DNA from: an uncultured Bacilli bacterium
Lineage (GTDB): Bacteria; Bacillota_I; Bacilli_A; RF39; UBA660
Length of the DNA: 64,000 nt
Assembly (NCBI GenBank): GCA_947632325.1
Contig: CANROU010000005.1
Coordinates: 2,135 to 66,134 of the forward strand
Direction: 5' to 3'
A program made the translations under genes and the position numbers. Every line of letters starts with the position of its first letter. The first letter of the stretch is position 1. Below the pieces are notes generated by a model. The model worked only from the letters and a program-made list of their open reading frames with translations. It ran no database searches and was not told the origin of the DNA. Shown here in pieces: positions 20,288-30,010 of the stretch.

Positions 20288-20947
20288 ATATTCATAAAGT
20301 CCATGTATTTTTAAACGATCTATTTCAGATATATCATCTAATACCCACTTTTTATCTTTTTTGGTAAGCGTAAATGTTAGGGTATATTTTACTTTATCTT
20401 TTACATCTTTTAACTTTGATATTTTATAATCCATAAACTTTTCATTATCAATACTATCATCGTCAGTTGTTTTTTTATCAGTATCACTATCTTTTGTTGT
20501 TTCTTTATCAGTATCATCATCTTGTCCTACAATACCATCATCAGCTTCATAATTACCCTTATCACCATCTAAGGCCTCAGTTAGATCTTTTAAAAACTCA
20601 TCTTTATGTTCTTCTAAGTAGGATTGTGCATCTTTCATACTGCTACTATAATCAAAAACCTCAATTTCTACATCAACAGTAGCTGTGTCACCATTGACGG
20701 TCTCATCCTTAATTTTATATGATAGATTTTGATATTGTTTTTTCATTAAATCCCGATAATCTTCTTTTTGCTTATCAGTCATAACCCCTTCATCTTCAAT
20801 AATATCATCTAATTGTTTCAACACTTCACTATCCATAGTTTGATACTTTCCTAAAAACTCTTCGACTCTTTTTGTTGGGGTATTCATCATGTCAGCACAT
20901 CCTGTAAACAATAGAAAAACACTTATCGCTAATATTATTTTTTTCAT
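20285..20947 (-). CDS. acidic lipoprotein, unknown function
   Basis: Lipobox LFTGC and a D/E/T-rich low-complexity region. Confidence 0.6.
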   Translation of the reverse strand: MKKIILAISVFLLFTGCADMMNTPTKRVEEFLGKYQTMDSEVLKQLDDIIEDEGVMTDKQKEDYRDLMKKQYQNLSYKIKDETVNGDTATVDVEIEVFDYSSSMKDAQSYLEEHKDEFLKDLTEALDGDKGNYEADDGIVGQDDDTDKETTKDSDTDKKTTDDDSIDNEKFMDYKISKLKDVKDKVKYTLTFTLTKKDKKWVLDDISEIDRLKIHGLYEY

Positions 20948-20992
20948 AATTTCCTCCTTGTTTATAGCATGTCATGAATAATTTTTTTTATA

Positions 20993-21030
20993 CTAAAAAA
21001 TACAACTTTTTAATCAGTTGTATTTTTTAC
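20993..21030 (-). terminator. aspS (operon) terminator
   Basis: 9-bp stem AAUACAACU/AGUUGUAUU with the stop codon in the loop, followed by a U-run. Confidence 0.65.
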
Positions 21031-22785
21031 ATTAGTTACATTTTGCTCTCTTATTTTAATATGAACCTCACGCAATTGTTTTTCATCTACTTCACTTGGA
21101 CTATCCATCAAAGCATCAGCGCCACTAGCTTGTAGAGGAAACGCAATGGTATCTCTAATACTTTTAGTATCCTTTAACATCATTAACATTCTGTCAATTC
21201 CAGGTGCCATTCCAGCATGTGGCGGTGCTCCATAACCAAATGCTGTATACAAGGCCTTAAATCTTCTAGCAATTTCTTCTTCATCATATCCCGCAATGGC
21301 AAAACATTGTTTCATAATTTCTAAATCATGATTGCGCACAGCACCACTAGCTATTTCAATACCATTACATACAAAATCAAATTGATAAGCTAATATATTC
21401 TCTGGTGTATCTTTTAAGGCAGTAAAATCATTTTTAGGCATAGAGAAAGGATTATGCATAAAATCCCATTTTTCTAATTCCTCGTTCCATTGATACATTG
21501 GGAAATCATTAACAATACAAAATTCAAAACGATTATCATCTAATAAATTTAATTTTCTACCCAATTCATCACGAATTTGCCCGGCTAGGGAAGCAGCATA
21601 TTTACGATCAGCAATAAAGAATAAAACGCTTCCCTCTTTTAAACCAGCTCGTGAAATTAAATTATCTCTTTCTTCATCACTTAAAAATTTATCAATAGGG
21701 CCTTTAAAAGTACCATCTTCTTGCATAGTAATATAACCAATACCTGGCATACCAATACTTTTAGCAAAATCAACTACTTCATTGAACCAAGAATTAGATT
21801 TGCTTGCCAAATCATCAACTTTAATACCTCTTACTACCACATTACGAAAAGGTTTAAAAGCGGTATCTTCGAAGACATCTGTCAAATCTATAATAACTAA
21901 AGGATTACGTAAATCTGGTTTATCTGTTCCATATTTTAACATAGCTTCCTTATAACTTATTCTAGGAAATGGTAATTTTGTGATTAATTTATCTGAAAAT
22001 TTGTTAAAAGTTTCATAAAATAATTTTTCTCCCAAATTTAATACATCATCTTCTTCGGCAAAACACATTTCGAAATCTAATTGATAAAATTCCCCATATA
22101 TACGATCATTTCGAGCATCTTCATCACGGAAACAAGGCGCAATTTGAAAATATTTATCAAAGCCCGAACACATTAATAACTGCTTAAATTGTTGTGGTGC
22201 TTGAGGTAAAGCATAAAACTTACCATGAAATTTACGAGATGGCACTAAAAAGTCGCGCGCTCCCTCTGGTGATGAGCTTGTTAAAATAGGTGTTTGAATT
22301 TCTAAAAAACCCTCACTTTTCATAAAATCACGTAAAAAATCAATTACCTGACTACGAAAAACAATATTTTCCTTTACTCGAGGATTACGAAGATCAAGAT
22401 AACGATACTTTAAACGTACATCTTCAGATACTTCATGTGAAGTCATAACTTCAAAAGGTAAAACATGATGACTTTTACCTAAAACGTCAATAGTTTTAGC
22501 CAAAATCTCAATAGTGCCTGTTTTAATTCTAGGATTATAATCATCCTCGCTTCTTTGCCTTACTGTCCCTGTTAACATAACACATGATTCTCTACTAATG
22601 CCTTTAAAGAAATCATCCTCATTACTAACTACTTGAACAGTACCATATTGATCACGGACATCCACAAAAATAACCCCGCCATGATCTCTAATATTTTCAA
22701 CCCAGCCGGCTACCTTAACTTCTTTACCTACTTCTTTTTCTGTTAAATCACCACAATAAGTAGTACGATATTTATTTTCTCTCAT
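21010..22785 (-). CDS. aspS: aspartate--tRNA ligase, probably non-discriminating
   Basis: 591 aa with class II motifs (FRDE, GMAPGIDR), an OB fold and a GAD insertion. It is the last gene of the gatCAB operon, overlapping gatB by 14 nt. Confidence 0.93.
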   Translation of the reverse strand: MRENKYRTTYCGDLTEKEVGKEVKVAGWVENIRDHGGVIFVDVRDQYGTVQVVSNEDDFFKGISRESCVMLTGTVRQRSEDDYNPRIKTGTIEILAKTIDVLGKSHHVLPFEVMTSHEVSEDVRLKYRYLDLRNPRVKENIVFRSQVIDFLRDFMKSEGFLEIQTPILTSSSPEGARDFLVPSRKFHGKFYALPQAPQQFKQLLMCSGFDKYFQIAPCFRDEDARNDRIYGEFYQLDFEMCFAEEDDVLNLGEKLFYETFNKFSDKLITKLPFPRISYKEAMLKYGTDKPDLRNPLVIIDLTDVFEDTAFKPFRNVVVRGIKVDDLASKSNSWFNEVVDFAKSIGMPGIGYITMQEDGTFKGPIDKFLSDEERDNLISRAGLKEGSVLFFIADRKYAASLAGQIRDELGRKLNLLDDNRFEFCIVNDFPMYQWNEELEKWDFMHNPFSMPKNDFTALKDTPENILAYQFDFVCNGIEIASGAVRNHDLEIMKQCFAIAGYDEEEIARRFKALYTAFGYGAPPHAGMAPGIDRMLMMLKDTKSIRDTIAFPLQASGADALMDSPSEVDEKQLREVHIKIREQNVTNVKNTTD

Positions 22786-24226
22786 TATCTTTCCTCTTTT
22801 CTAATTCTTTTACAATCAAGTCAAGAGTTAACACAGGATCTGCTTGCCTATTAGTCTTCTGCATTACTTTTCCTACAAAAAAGTTCTTGACATAATCTTT
22901 TCCTTCTTTTATATATTGATCAACTTGTAAAGGATTTTCTTCAAGAGCATCTTTTACATGCTGTAAAATTATTTGATCATCTTTAATTTGTTCAATATTA
23001 TTTTCTTTAATGATATCTATTGGATCCTTTTTTTCTTTGATAGCTTGATAAATAATTTTTTTACCATGATTTAATGATATTTTATCTTCATTTATCAATT
23101 TAAGAACACCCGCTAACATCTTAGGCGTTATAAAAAATTCTTCCAAGGTAATATCTAATTTATTAAGGGTACCTAAAACAACAGTCATTACCCAGTTGGC
23201 TACACTTTCAATTGGTTTAGCACCTTCCTTAATTACAGCTTCAAAATAATCAGCAATACCTTTATCTTTAGCTAAAACACTAGCATCATAAAAACTTAAG
23301 CCATAATCTTGTTGGTAATTTTTGATACGTTCAAATTCTAATACTGGAATTTCTTGTCTAATACTATCTAAATATTCTTTACTTAATTTAACAGGTGGAA
23401 TATTAGGTTCAATAAAATATTTATAATCAATAGCATCTACCTTTTCTCGCATAGGATAGGTTTTGCCATCTTCATCAATTCTTCTTGTTTCCTGTTTAAC
23501 TTTGCCTCCTTGATCCAAGATCTCTGTTTGTCTTTTAATTTCATAATCAATAGCCGCTCTTACACTGGTAAAAGCATTGATGTTTTTCATCTCCACTTTA
23601 GTGCCTAATTTATCATCATCTGGTTTCATCAAAGAAATATTAACATCACATCGCATTTGCCCTTTATCACTTCTAGCATCGCTAACTTGACAATACAAGA
23701 AAACATTACGAAGAGCTTCCAAAAAACTGATGGCTTCATCACTTGAGGTTATACATGGTTCTGTAACAATTTCCATTAAAGGAATACCACTACGATTATA
23801 ATCAATCAATGAATAATTATTATAATGTTCTAAAGAGGCCGTATCTTCTTCCAAGTGTAATTGATGAATAAAAATCCTTTTTTCTTCTTCACCAACAAAA
23901 ATATCTAGATACCCATTAATACCACATGGTTTAGTTACTTGGGTAATTTGATATCCTTTAGGTAAATCAGGATAAAAATAATTCTTACGATCAAAAATAA
24001 CTTCATCAGGATTTTGACAGTTCAAAGCCATAGCGGTCTTTAAAGCTTTTCTTACAGCTTCTTTATTAGGAACAGGTAATATTCCTGGCAATCCCATATC
24101 AACTGTTGCAACATGTTCATTAGGAACAGTTGAATAAGTATTAAGACTATTTGAAAAATTTTTGGTTTTTGTCTTTAATTCACAATGAACCTCTAAACCA
24201 ATAACTACCTTATACAATTTTATCAC
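22772..24226 (-). CDS. gatB: Asp/Glu-tRNA amidotransferase subunit B
   Basis: 484 aa GatB/YqeY family with the typical N-terminus LEVHCEL and a C-terminal YqeY domain. Confidence 0.95.
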   Translation of the reverse strand: MIKLYKVVIGLEVHCELKTKTKNFSNSLNTYSTVPNEHVATVDMGLPGILPVPNKEAVRKALKTAMALNCQNPDEVIFDRKNYFYPDLPKGYQITQVTKPCGINGYLDIFVGEEEKRIFIHQLHLEEDTASLEHYNNYSLIDYNRSGIPLMEIVTEPCITSSDEAISFLEALRNVFLYCQVSDARSDKGQMRCDVNISLMKPDDDKLGTKVEMKNINAFTSVRAAIDYEIKRQTEILDQGGKVKQETRRIDEDGKTYPMREKVDAIDYKYFIEPNIPPVKLSKEYLDSIRQEIPVLEFERIKNYQQDYGLSFYDASVLAKDKGIADYFEAVIKEGAKPIESVANWVMTVVLGTLNKLDITLEEFFITPKMLAGVLKLINEDKISLNHGKKIIYQAIKEKKDPIDIIKENNIEQIKDDQIILQHVKDALEENPLQVDQYIKEGKDYVKNFFVGKVMQKTNRQADPVLTLDLIVKELEKRKDNERK

Positions 24227-25670
24227 CTGCCACCATATTTTTACATTTTAAAATATTTTCCATAGCCTGCGCCATCATTAAAACTACATCATCTTCCATA
24301 ATACGTCCAGTTATATTAATACCCACGGGCATAGCATCAACAAAAAACGCAGGAACAGTGATACTAGGAAAACCACCAAAATTACCGATTGCCAAATGGT
24401 TTTCTAAAAGCAAATACCTATCCGAAAGTTGATCACTTTTCGTTCCAAATAAAGGAGCAATTCCCCCACTAGCCGGCATGATTAAACCATCATATTTTTT
24501 AAATAACTCATTAACTTTATCGACGATAAGTCGCCTTACTCTACAAGCATTTAAAAATAACCGTTCTTGATTTTCTTTTTGTAAAATATAACTTCCCAAT
24601 ATAAAACGTCTTTTAATTAATTCTGAAAAACCCTTACTACGTGCATCAAACATAATTTCTTCTATACTATTTCCTTCACCTCTAGGACCAAATTGTATCC
24701 CTGTTAAGTTAGCATTATTACTAGTAGCTTCCGCACAAGAAATAGTCATATAAGCCGGATAAATCGCATTCAATAAATCTTTATCAAAAGAAATTCCTTC
24801 TATTTCAAAGCCAATTCCACGTAATTTATCCAACACTTCATGAAATTGTTTTAACGTTTCTATTAATTCACTATCATCTTGATCTTGATAATTATCTAAA
24901 TCACAAGCTTCCTTTATATAAAATAACTTTCTACCTTTAATACTATTATTTACCATTTTATGATATTCTTTACCATCATCTTTTAGACTAGTCATATCAA
25001 GTGGATCATATCCTTTGATAACATCGGTAACTATAGCAGCATCTAAGACATTTCTAGTAAGACAACCAACATGATCTAAACTAGATGCAAAAGCAAATAA
25101 CCCATATCTAGACACCCGTCCATAAGTAGGTTTAAAACCAACCACGCCACCAAAAGAAGCCGGTTTACGAATTGAATCACCTGTATCAGTACCAATGGCA
25201 AAAGGCACTACCCCTCGAGCTACCGATGCAGCACTGCCGGCAGATGAACCACCAATCATTCTAGCACTATCCCAAGGATTTTTGACAATACCCGTGTGAG
25301 CAGTAGTCCCAGTACCACCCATGGCTAACTCATCTAAGGTCGTTTTACCAACTAACACAGCACCACTTTGTTTTAACTTTTGATACACTGTAGCGTCATA
25401 CACTGGTATATAATCTTTTAATATATTACTAGATGCTGTCGTTAAAATACCTGAAGTAGAAATGTTATCTTTTAGACCATATGGTATACCTGATAATAAA
25501 GACTGGCTCTGTTTCATTTTAAATTTATCACAGATACTTACAAAAGAATTATCTTGTTCTTGGTATTGTTTAGCTAAATCTTTAGCGGTTTCAAATAACT
25601 CCTCCGCCGTTACCTTGCCTTCATCTAAACAAGAACGCAAATCCATAATTGTTTTATGTCTATAATCCAT
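24210..25670 (-). CDS. gatA: Asp/Glu-tRNA amidotransferase subunit A (amidase signature)
   Basis: Amidase signature GGSSAGSAASV and the Ser-cisSer-Lys triad region. Confidence 0.95.
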   Translation of the reverse strand: MDYRHKTIMDLRSCLDEGKVTAEELFETAKDLAKQYQEQDNSFVSICDKFKMKQSQSLLSGIPYGLKDNISTSGILTTASSNILKDYIPVYDATVYQKLKQSGAVLVGKTTLDELAMGGTGTTAHTGIVKNPWDSARMIGGSSAGSAASVARGVVPFAIGTDTGDSIRKPASFGGVVGFKPTYGRVSRYGLFAFASSLDHVGCLTRNVLDAAIVTDVIKGYDPLDMTSLKDDGKEYHKMVNNSIKGRKLFYIKEACDLDNYQDQDDSELIETLKQFHEVLDKLRGIGFEIEGISFDKDLLNAIYPAYMTISCAEATSNNANLTGIQFGPRGEGNSIEEIMFDARSKGFSELIKRRFILGSYILQKENQERLFLNACRVRRLIVDKVNELFKKYDGLIMPASGGIAPLFGTKSDQLSDRYLLLENHLAIGNFGGFPSITVPAFFVDAMPVGINITGRIMEDDVVLMMAQAMENILKCKNMVAGDKIV

Positions 25671-25970
25671 TTATTCCACCACCTTTGGTACTTTTACTTG
25701 ATTATCTACTTCATGTTTAACATTTTCTAATACTTCATTAACTGTTAAAACACCCTCATCGCTTTCTATGTCTTCTCTTAATTCTTGTTGATATGTTATA
25801 AAAGGAAAAGTCATTGGCTCTACTTTAGCAATATCCGGAATTTGCCCAATTAAATCCATTTGTTTTAATATAACGGCAAACTCTTGTTGTAAAGTTGTAT
25901 ATTCTTCATCATTCATCTCAAACATTAATTTGCGAGCATAATCTTGTAATTTTTCTTTCTCTATCATCAC
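25671..25970 (-). CDS. gatC: Asp/Glu-tRNA amidotransferase subunit C
   Basis: 99 aa, position and size conserved immediately upstream of gatA. Confidence 0.85.
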   Translation of the reverse strand: MMIEKEKLQDYARKLMFEMNDEEYTTLQQEFAVILKQMDLIGQIPDIAKVEPMTFPFITYQQELREDIESDEGVLTVNEVLENVKHEVDNQVKVPKVVE

Positions 25971-25980
25971 TCATTCCTCC

Positions 25981-26224
25981 TAAAAAAAACAGTAACTCAT
26001 CCCCTTAGGGACGAATTACTGTAATAATCCGCGGTACCACCCACATTATTATGTTACCATAATCACTCACGAAATAACGGCTTCGTTACCGGCTTAGTCT
26101 AATCTCCCACGGATTTCTTTAAGCACTCCGAAGTGTTTTTCAAAATAACCTTTTTATTGGATTCCACCATTTCCAACTCTCTATCAAAAAGTATTATTTA
26201 TACTCCTCTTCATCCACGTTTTTC
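25981..26224 (-). promoter_or_regulatory. T-box riboswitch leader of gatCAB-aspS, with candidate specifier AAC (Asn)
   Basis: Minus strand carries the T-box consensus AAUAAUGUGGGUGGUACCGCGG (26029-26050) and an intrinsic terminator ACAGUAA...UUACUGU plus U9 (25981-26022). Stem I has AGAGA and a specifier loop GAAA-AAC-A-CUUCGG that aligns with glyQS GAA-GGC-A-CUUCG. Confidence 0.85.
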
Positions 26225-26231
26225 AGTTAAG

Positions 26232-26260
26232 ATTATATATCTATTTTCTTTTTTTGTCAA
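26232..26260 (-). promoter_or_regulatory. consensus sigma-A promoter TTGACA-N17-TATAAT driving the T-box leader
   Basis: Minus strand reads TTGACAaaaaaagaaaatagataTATAAT. Confidence 0.6.
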
Positions 26261-26396
26261 TTATTAAGCCCTATTTTAAAATTGTTAATATAACATCTTA
26301 TTTAAACCACTATTAATATAAGCTATTTTTCCAATATTAATACCATAAATTTTCAGTATTTTAACTTCTAAATCTTTTATATAAAACCTTTAAAAC

Positions 26397-27578
26397 CTAA
26401 TTTTTTTGTTTTTGATAATTAATATGTTCTTGTTTAAAGATTTCTGTTTTTATAGTCATTAAGTTATCTTTTTGATTTAATAAATCATCTTCCACAACAG
26501 TTAATTGCTCTAATAATTGTTGATATTGTGGATTATCTAATCCTAAATCATAAAATTCTTTATCTATTTCCCGCTTTAATCTCTTAGTATTATATAAAGC
26601 GCTATCAATCATAGTATTAATATATTTATTATTATATAACATACCCTTAATTTCTTTTTCATAATCGATGCTAGGCAATATTTCCTCATCTGTAATAACC
26701 TTACGACTTTGCTTAAAGAGATGATTTAAAATAGTTACCTTAAATACTAACTTACAAAGAGGATTTAAAGGTGCCATATTGATAGCTTGATAAAACAATA
26801 GATTTTCCATTAGAGCTTGTTGCGTTAATTCCCATTTTATTCTTGTTCTCTCAACTGTTTTTGTTTTTTCTTGTAATTTTTCTGTGATACTTTTAAGTTC
26901 CCTATTTTGATTAGCTATCCATTTTTTAATATCCTTAACATTTTCAGCTATATCATCCTTTTCTTTTTCTAAAATAGTAGAGTCAATAGAATCTTCTTCT
27001 TTATCTAGTACGTCATAACTTAAAATTATTTCTTGTTCTTTAATCGTATAAAATTTTTCTTCAATGGCCTGTTCTTCAAACCATTGTTGATATTCATCGA
27101 TGGCCTTATTTCTATCATCTATTATCGTATTTTTATCATCTGCCGTTAAATTACTATTATCTAATTCTGTTAAATCAAGTATATCTTCCCTCATCTTATT
27201 ATCGATAATAAGCGTCACAATTTCTTGCTCTATTTCTTCTAACTCTTGAGCAATGTTATCATACTCTTCTTGTTTTATATTATCCATTAAATGATTATCA
27301 TCATCTAAAACAATTTCAGCTTCTTCTGTTAAATATGTTTGATAAATATCTGTAATATGTTGTTGTTCATATTCTAATTTATCATCTAATAAAGATATAA
27401 CTTTTTTACGATTTTCGGTAACAGTTTTTCTCCTGTTTTTATCTTCTTCATCTTTTGTAAAAGCCATACCAATAATTAAGGGTAAAAACAACAAATCACG
27501 AATACCATAAACAGAACGTTTTTTTCTATTAGTTATCTTTTTTTGAGTTCTTTGTTTTTTTTCTTTTTCCTTTTGCAT
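26397..27578 (-). CDS. hypothetical membrane-anchored coiled-coil protein (EzrA-like architecture, but short)
   Basis: Basic N-terminus, one TM (LLFLPLIIGMAF), then about 330 aa of E/K/D/Q-rich coiled coil. Confidence 0.5.
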   Translation of the reverse strand: MQKEKEKKQRTQKKITNRKKRSVYGIRDLLFLPLIIGMAFTKDEEDKNRRKTVTENRKKVISLLDDKLEYEQQHITDIYQTYLTEEAEIVLDDDNHLMDNIKQEEYDNIAQELEEIEQEIVTLIIDNKMREDILDLTELDNSNLTADDKNTIIDDRNKAIDEYQQWFEEQAIEEKFYTIKEQEIILSYDVLDKEEDSIDSTILEKEKDDIAENVKDIKKWIANQNRELKSITEKLQEKTKTVERTRIKWELTQQALMENLLFYQAINMAPLNPLCKLVFKVTILNHLFKQSRKVITDEEILPSIDYEKEIKGMLYNNKYINTMIDSALYNTKRLKREIDKEFYDLGLDNPQYQQLLEQLTVVEDDLLNQKDNLMTIKTEIFKQEHINYQKQKN

Positions 27579-27655
27579 TTTAGCACCTTCTTTTGATTCA
27601 TTATATTATATTACAATATTTAACAAAATTAAACTAGCAATTAATTATTCATAAA

Positions 27656-27700
27656 AAAGTAACTCGAATATCAATAAGATAATTCGAGTTATAATCTTTT
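27656..27700 (-). terminator. terminator downstream of tRNA-Glu
   Basis: 9-bp stem AACUCGAAU/AUUCGAGUU then ACUUUUUU. Confidence 0.6.
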
Positions 27701-27701
27701 T

Positions 27702-27778
27702 GGTGACCTGTATGGGATTTGAACCCACGAATACCACCTTGAGAGGGTGGCGTGTTAAACCGCTTCACCAACAGGCCA
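27702..27778 (-). tRNA. tRNA-Glu, anticodon CUC
   Basis: Minus strand GGCCTGTTGGTGAAGCGGTTTAACACGCCACCCTCTCAAGGTGGTATTCGTGGGTTCAAATCCCATACAGGTCACCA. Cloverleaf with anticodon loop CUCUCAA. About 80% identical to B. subtilis tRNA-Glu. The 3' CCA is encoded. Confidence 0.8.
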
Positions 27779-27849
27779 ATTAGATAAAATCCCATAAAGG
27801 ACTTTATCAGTTTATCATAATTTATTTGGTTTGACAATATTTCTAATAT

Positions 27850-29502
27850 CTAATCTTCTAAATATTTTTTAAAATGATCAATTCTCTTAGCTAATGATTC
27901 TTTCCCTAATATTTTTAATATTTCATATAAATCAGGACTCATCTTTTTACCTGTAACACAAGCTCTAATTGTCTCACAAACATCTCCAACATGACCTTTA
28001 TATTCTTCTGGATTTTCTTTATATTGTTTAACTTCTCTAGCATAACCATTATCTTGAGCTAATCCTTTTAATCTTTCCATCCATTCTTCCTTAGAATCAG
28101 TATCTTGATAAATATTTAAATATTGTTCTACCAAAGATACATCATAATTTTTATCATTTTCAAGGCCACTATAGGCGCTTTCTGGATCTTTATTTAAAAA
28201 TATTTCATCATAGAAATTTTCAAATTCATGTTTTACATCCGAATAGCTTGCTAAATCTTTTCGAGGACGTTTGACCTCTCGCTCAATATTAAGTAAAGCT
28301 ATTGTTTTTTCTTTGTTCTTTTCTATAATTTGCGCAAAATCTTGGTCATATTCTTGATAGTATGTAAGAGTACCATCATATAAGTTGTTAGCTTTCAACA
28401 TTGAAAAATAAATTCTAGAGACGCTATTTAGTTTTTCAAGGTCAAAATAAGTTCCACCAACGGGCATTTTTTGAAATTGAAATGCAAAATCATCCAAAGT
28501 TTTATCTTTATTTTGATTATACCACATTTCAAAATTGGCATTAGCAAGAGTGGCTAAGAAGAGTTTTACAGCGTCATGAGGGATCCCCTTTTCATGATAA
28601 AAGCGAATTGAAGCATCTGGATCTTTACGTTTGCTTAATTTTCGAACACTAGTACCTTCTCTTTTTGTAAGGGGTGCAATATGAGCATACTTTGGAGGTG
28701 TAAAACCAAGAACTTCAAATAATTGAAGATGTACTGGCACTGAACTTACCCATTCATCACCGCGAATAACATGAGTCGTACGCATCAAATGATCATCGAT
28801 TGCATGGGCAAAATGATAAGTTGGAACTCCATCTTGTTTCAGTAAAATGATGTCCATATCATTTTCAGGAAAAGAAATATTTCCCTTAATACAATCATGA
28901 AAGTTAATCGTCTTATGAAAATCCCCTGGAGATTTTAGACGAATGACATAAGGAAGCCCTGCATCTAGTTTTGCCTTAATTTCATCGAATGTTAAATTAC
29001 GATTCATCGCATACATTCCATAATAACCAATGCGCACTTTCTCGCGTTCCTGCCGATTTCTAAGTTCAGCTAGTTCCTTTTCTGTACAGAAGCAAGGATA
29101 CGCCAAACCTCTTTTGATTAAGTCTTTGACATAAGTTTGGTATATCTCGACACGTTCAGATTGAATATAAGGACCATAGACTCCGCCCTGAAGAGGTCCT
29201 TCATCTATTTTAAAATCAAAACTTTTTAAATCATTGATAATCCCCGTAATCCCATTTTCTACTTCTCTTTTCTGATCAGTATCTTCAATTCGCAAATAGA
29301 AAACGCCATTCGTTTGACGTGCCATTTTACTGGCAATAAAAGCTTGATAGAGACTACCCATGTGAACAAAACCAGTAGGACTTGGAGCAAAACGGGTGAC
29401 AATCGCTCCCTTTTCTAGATTCCTTTCTGGATACATTGCTTCATAATCTTCAGGTGTCTTCATAATATTTGGAAATAATAATTCAGCTAATTCTTTTTGC
29501 AT
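27850..29502 (-). CDS. gltX: glutamate--tRNA ligase, probably non-discriminating
   Basis: RFAPSPTG...HMGS (HIGH variant) and KLSKR (KMSKS). 550 aa with a C-terminal extension. Confidence 0.85.
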   Translation of the reverse strand: MQKELAELLFPNIMKTPEDYEAMYPERNLEKGAIVTRFAPSPTGFVHMGSLYQAFIASKMARQTNGVFYLRIEDTDQKREVENGITGIINDLKSFDFKIDEGPLQGGVYGPYIQSERVEIYQTYVKDLIKRGLAYPCFCTEKELAELRNRQEREKVRIGYYGMYAMNRNLTFDEIKAKLDAGLPYVIRLKSPGDFHKTINFHDCIKGNISFPENDMDIILLKQDGVPTYHFAHAIDDHLMRTTHVIRGDEWVSSVPVHLQLFEVLGFTPPKYAHIAPLTKREGTSVRKLSKRKDPDASIRFYHEKGIPHDAVKLFLATLANANFEMWYNQNKDKTLDDFAFQFQKMPVGGTYFDLEKLNSVSRIYFSMLKANNLYDGTLTYYQEYDQDFAQIIEKNKEKTIALLNIEREVKRPRKDLASYSDVKHEFENFYDEIFLNKDPESAYSGLENDKNYDVSLVEQYLNIYQDTDSKEEWMERLKGLAQDNGYAREVKQYKENPEEYKGHVGDVCETIRACVTGKKMSPDLYEILKILGKESLAKRIDHFKKYLED

Positions 29503-29525
29503 ACGTTCCCTCTTTCTTTATGAAA

Positions 29526-29552
29526 AAACATCTATTTAGTAGATGTTAATTT
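29526..29552 (-). terminator. terminator after tRNA-Gln, 24 nt before the gltX start
   Basis: Stem AACAUCUA(CUAAA)UAGAUGUU plus U7. Confidence 0.55.
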
Positions 29553-29554
29553 TA

Positions 29555-29629
29555 TGGTTGCCTCGGTTAGATTCGAACTAACGCGTCGTGCGGTCAGAGC
29601 GCACTGCCTTACCACTTGGCTACGAGGCA
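29555..29629 (-). tRNA. tRNA-Gln, anticodon CUG
   Basis: Minus strand TGCCTCGTAGCCAAGTGGTAAGGCAGTGCGCTCTGACCGCAC...GTTCGAATC...CGAGGCAACCA. U1:A72, Gln-type D-loop, anticodon loop CUCUGAC. Confidence 0.8.
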
Positions 29630-29751
29630 ATTTCACTTATTTATAATCTTAACTCTTTTTCCTAGAAAATTCAATACCTTCAAATAAATTAACCACAATT
29701 ACATCACAAATTTGACCATTTTAAAGCCCGAACCACAAAAGTTCGAACCCT

Positions 29752-29817
29752 TAATCACTTTGATAGATGAAGAGAAGAAGTACGACAACTATTAACAAAT
29801 TCTTCAAATATTTTTTC
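29752..29817 (-). CDS. possible 21-aa small ORF (MEKIFEEFVNSCRTSSLHLSK) upstream of tRNA-Gln
   Basis: RBS GAGGTGATTAG-ATG and a TATAAT about 20 nt upstream. No homology assessable. Confidence 0.2.
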
Positions 29818-29919
29818 CATCTAATCACCTCTATTTTTATTATTATAATATATTTTGCTTTAACAAAATCAATGTGCAAATATGTTTTCTAAACTGTCAT
29901 AAATTTAGTATCAACTATA

Positions 29920-29948
29920 TTGTACAATGAACGAATGTTTGATATAAT
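29920..29948 (+). promoter_or_regulatory. near-consensus promoter TTGTAC-N17-(TG)TATAAT for the 27-aa peptide gene
   Basis: Plus strand reads TTGTACaatgaacgaatgtTTGATATAAT. Confidence 0.55.
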
Positions 29949-30010
29949 TTTTATAGGAATATTTGACAGTTGAGTGCTTGCCAACTTCTAAAAGGAAGGA
30001 GGCTGATAGT

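Noticed and set aside
20467-20682. 71-aa plus ORF rich in Y/H/Q
   Set aside because: Antisense to the acidic low-complexity region of the lipoprotein gene. It is a compositional artefact.
25462-25665. 67-aa plus ORF
   Set aside because: Antisense within gatA.
27649-27837. 62-aa minus ORF
   Set aside because: It overlaps the tRNA-Glu gene and its terminator. The tRNA cloverleaf explains the sequence.
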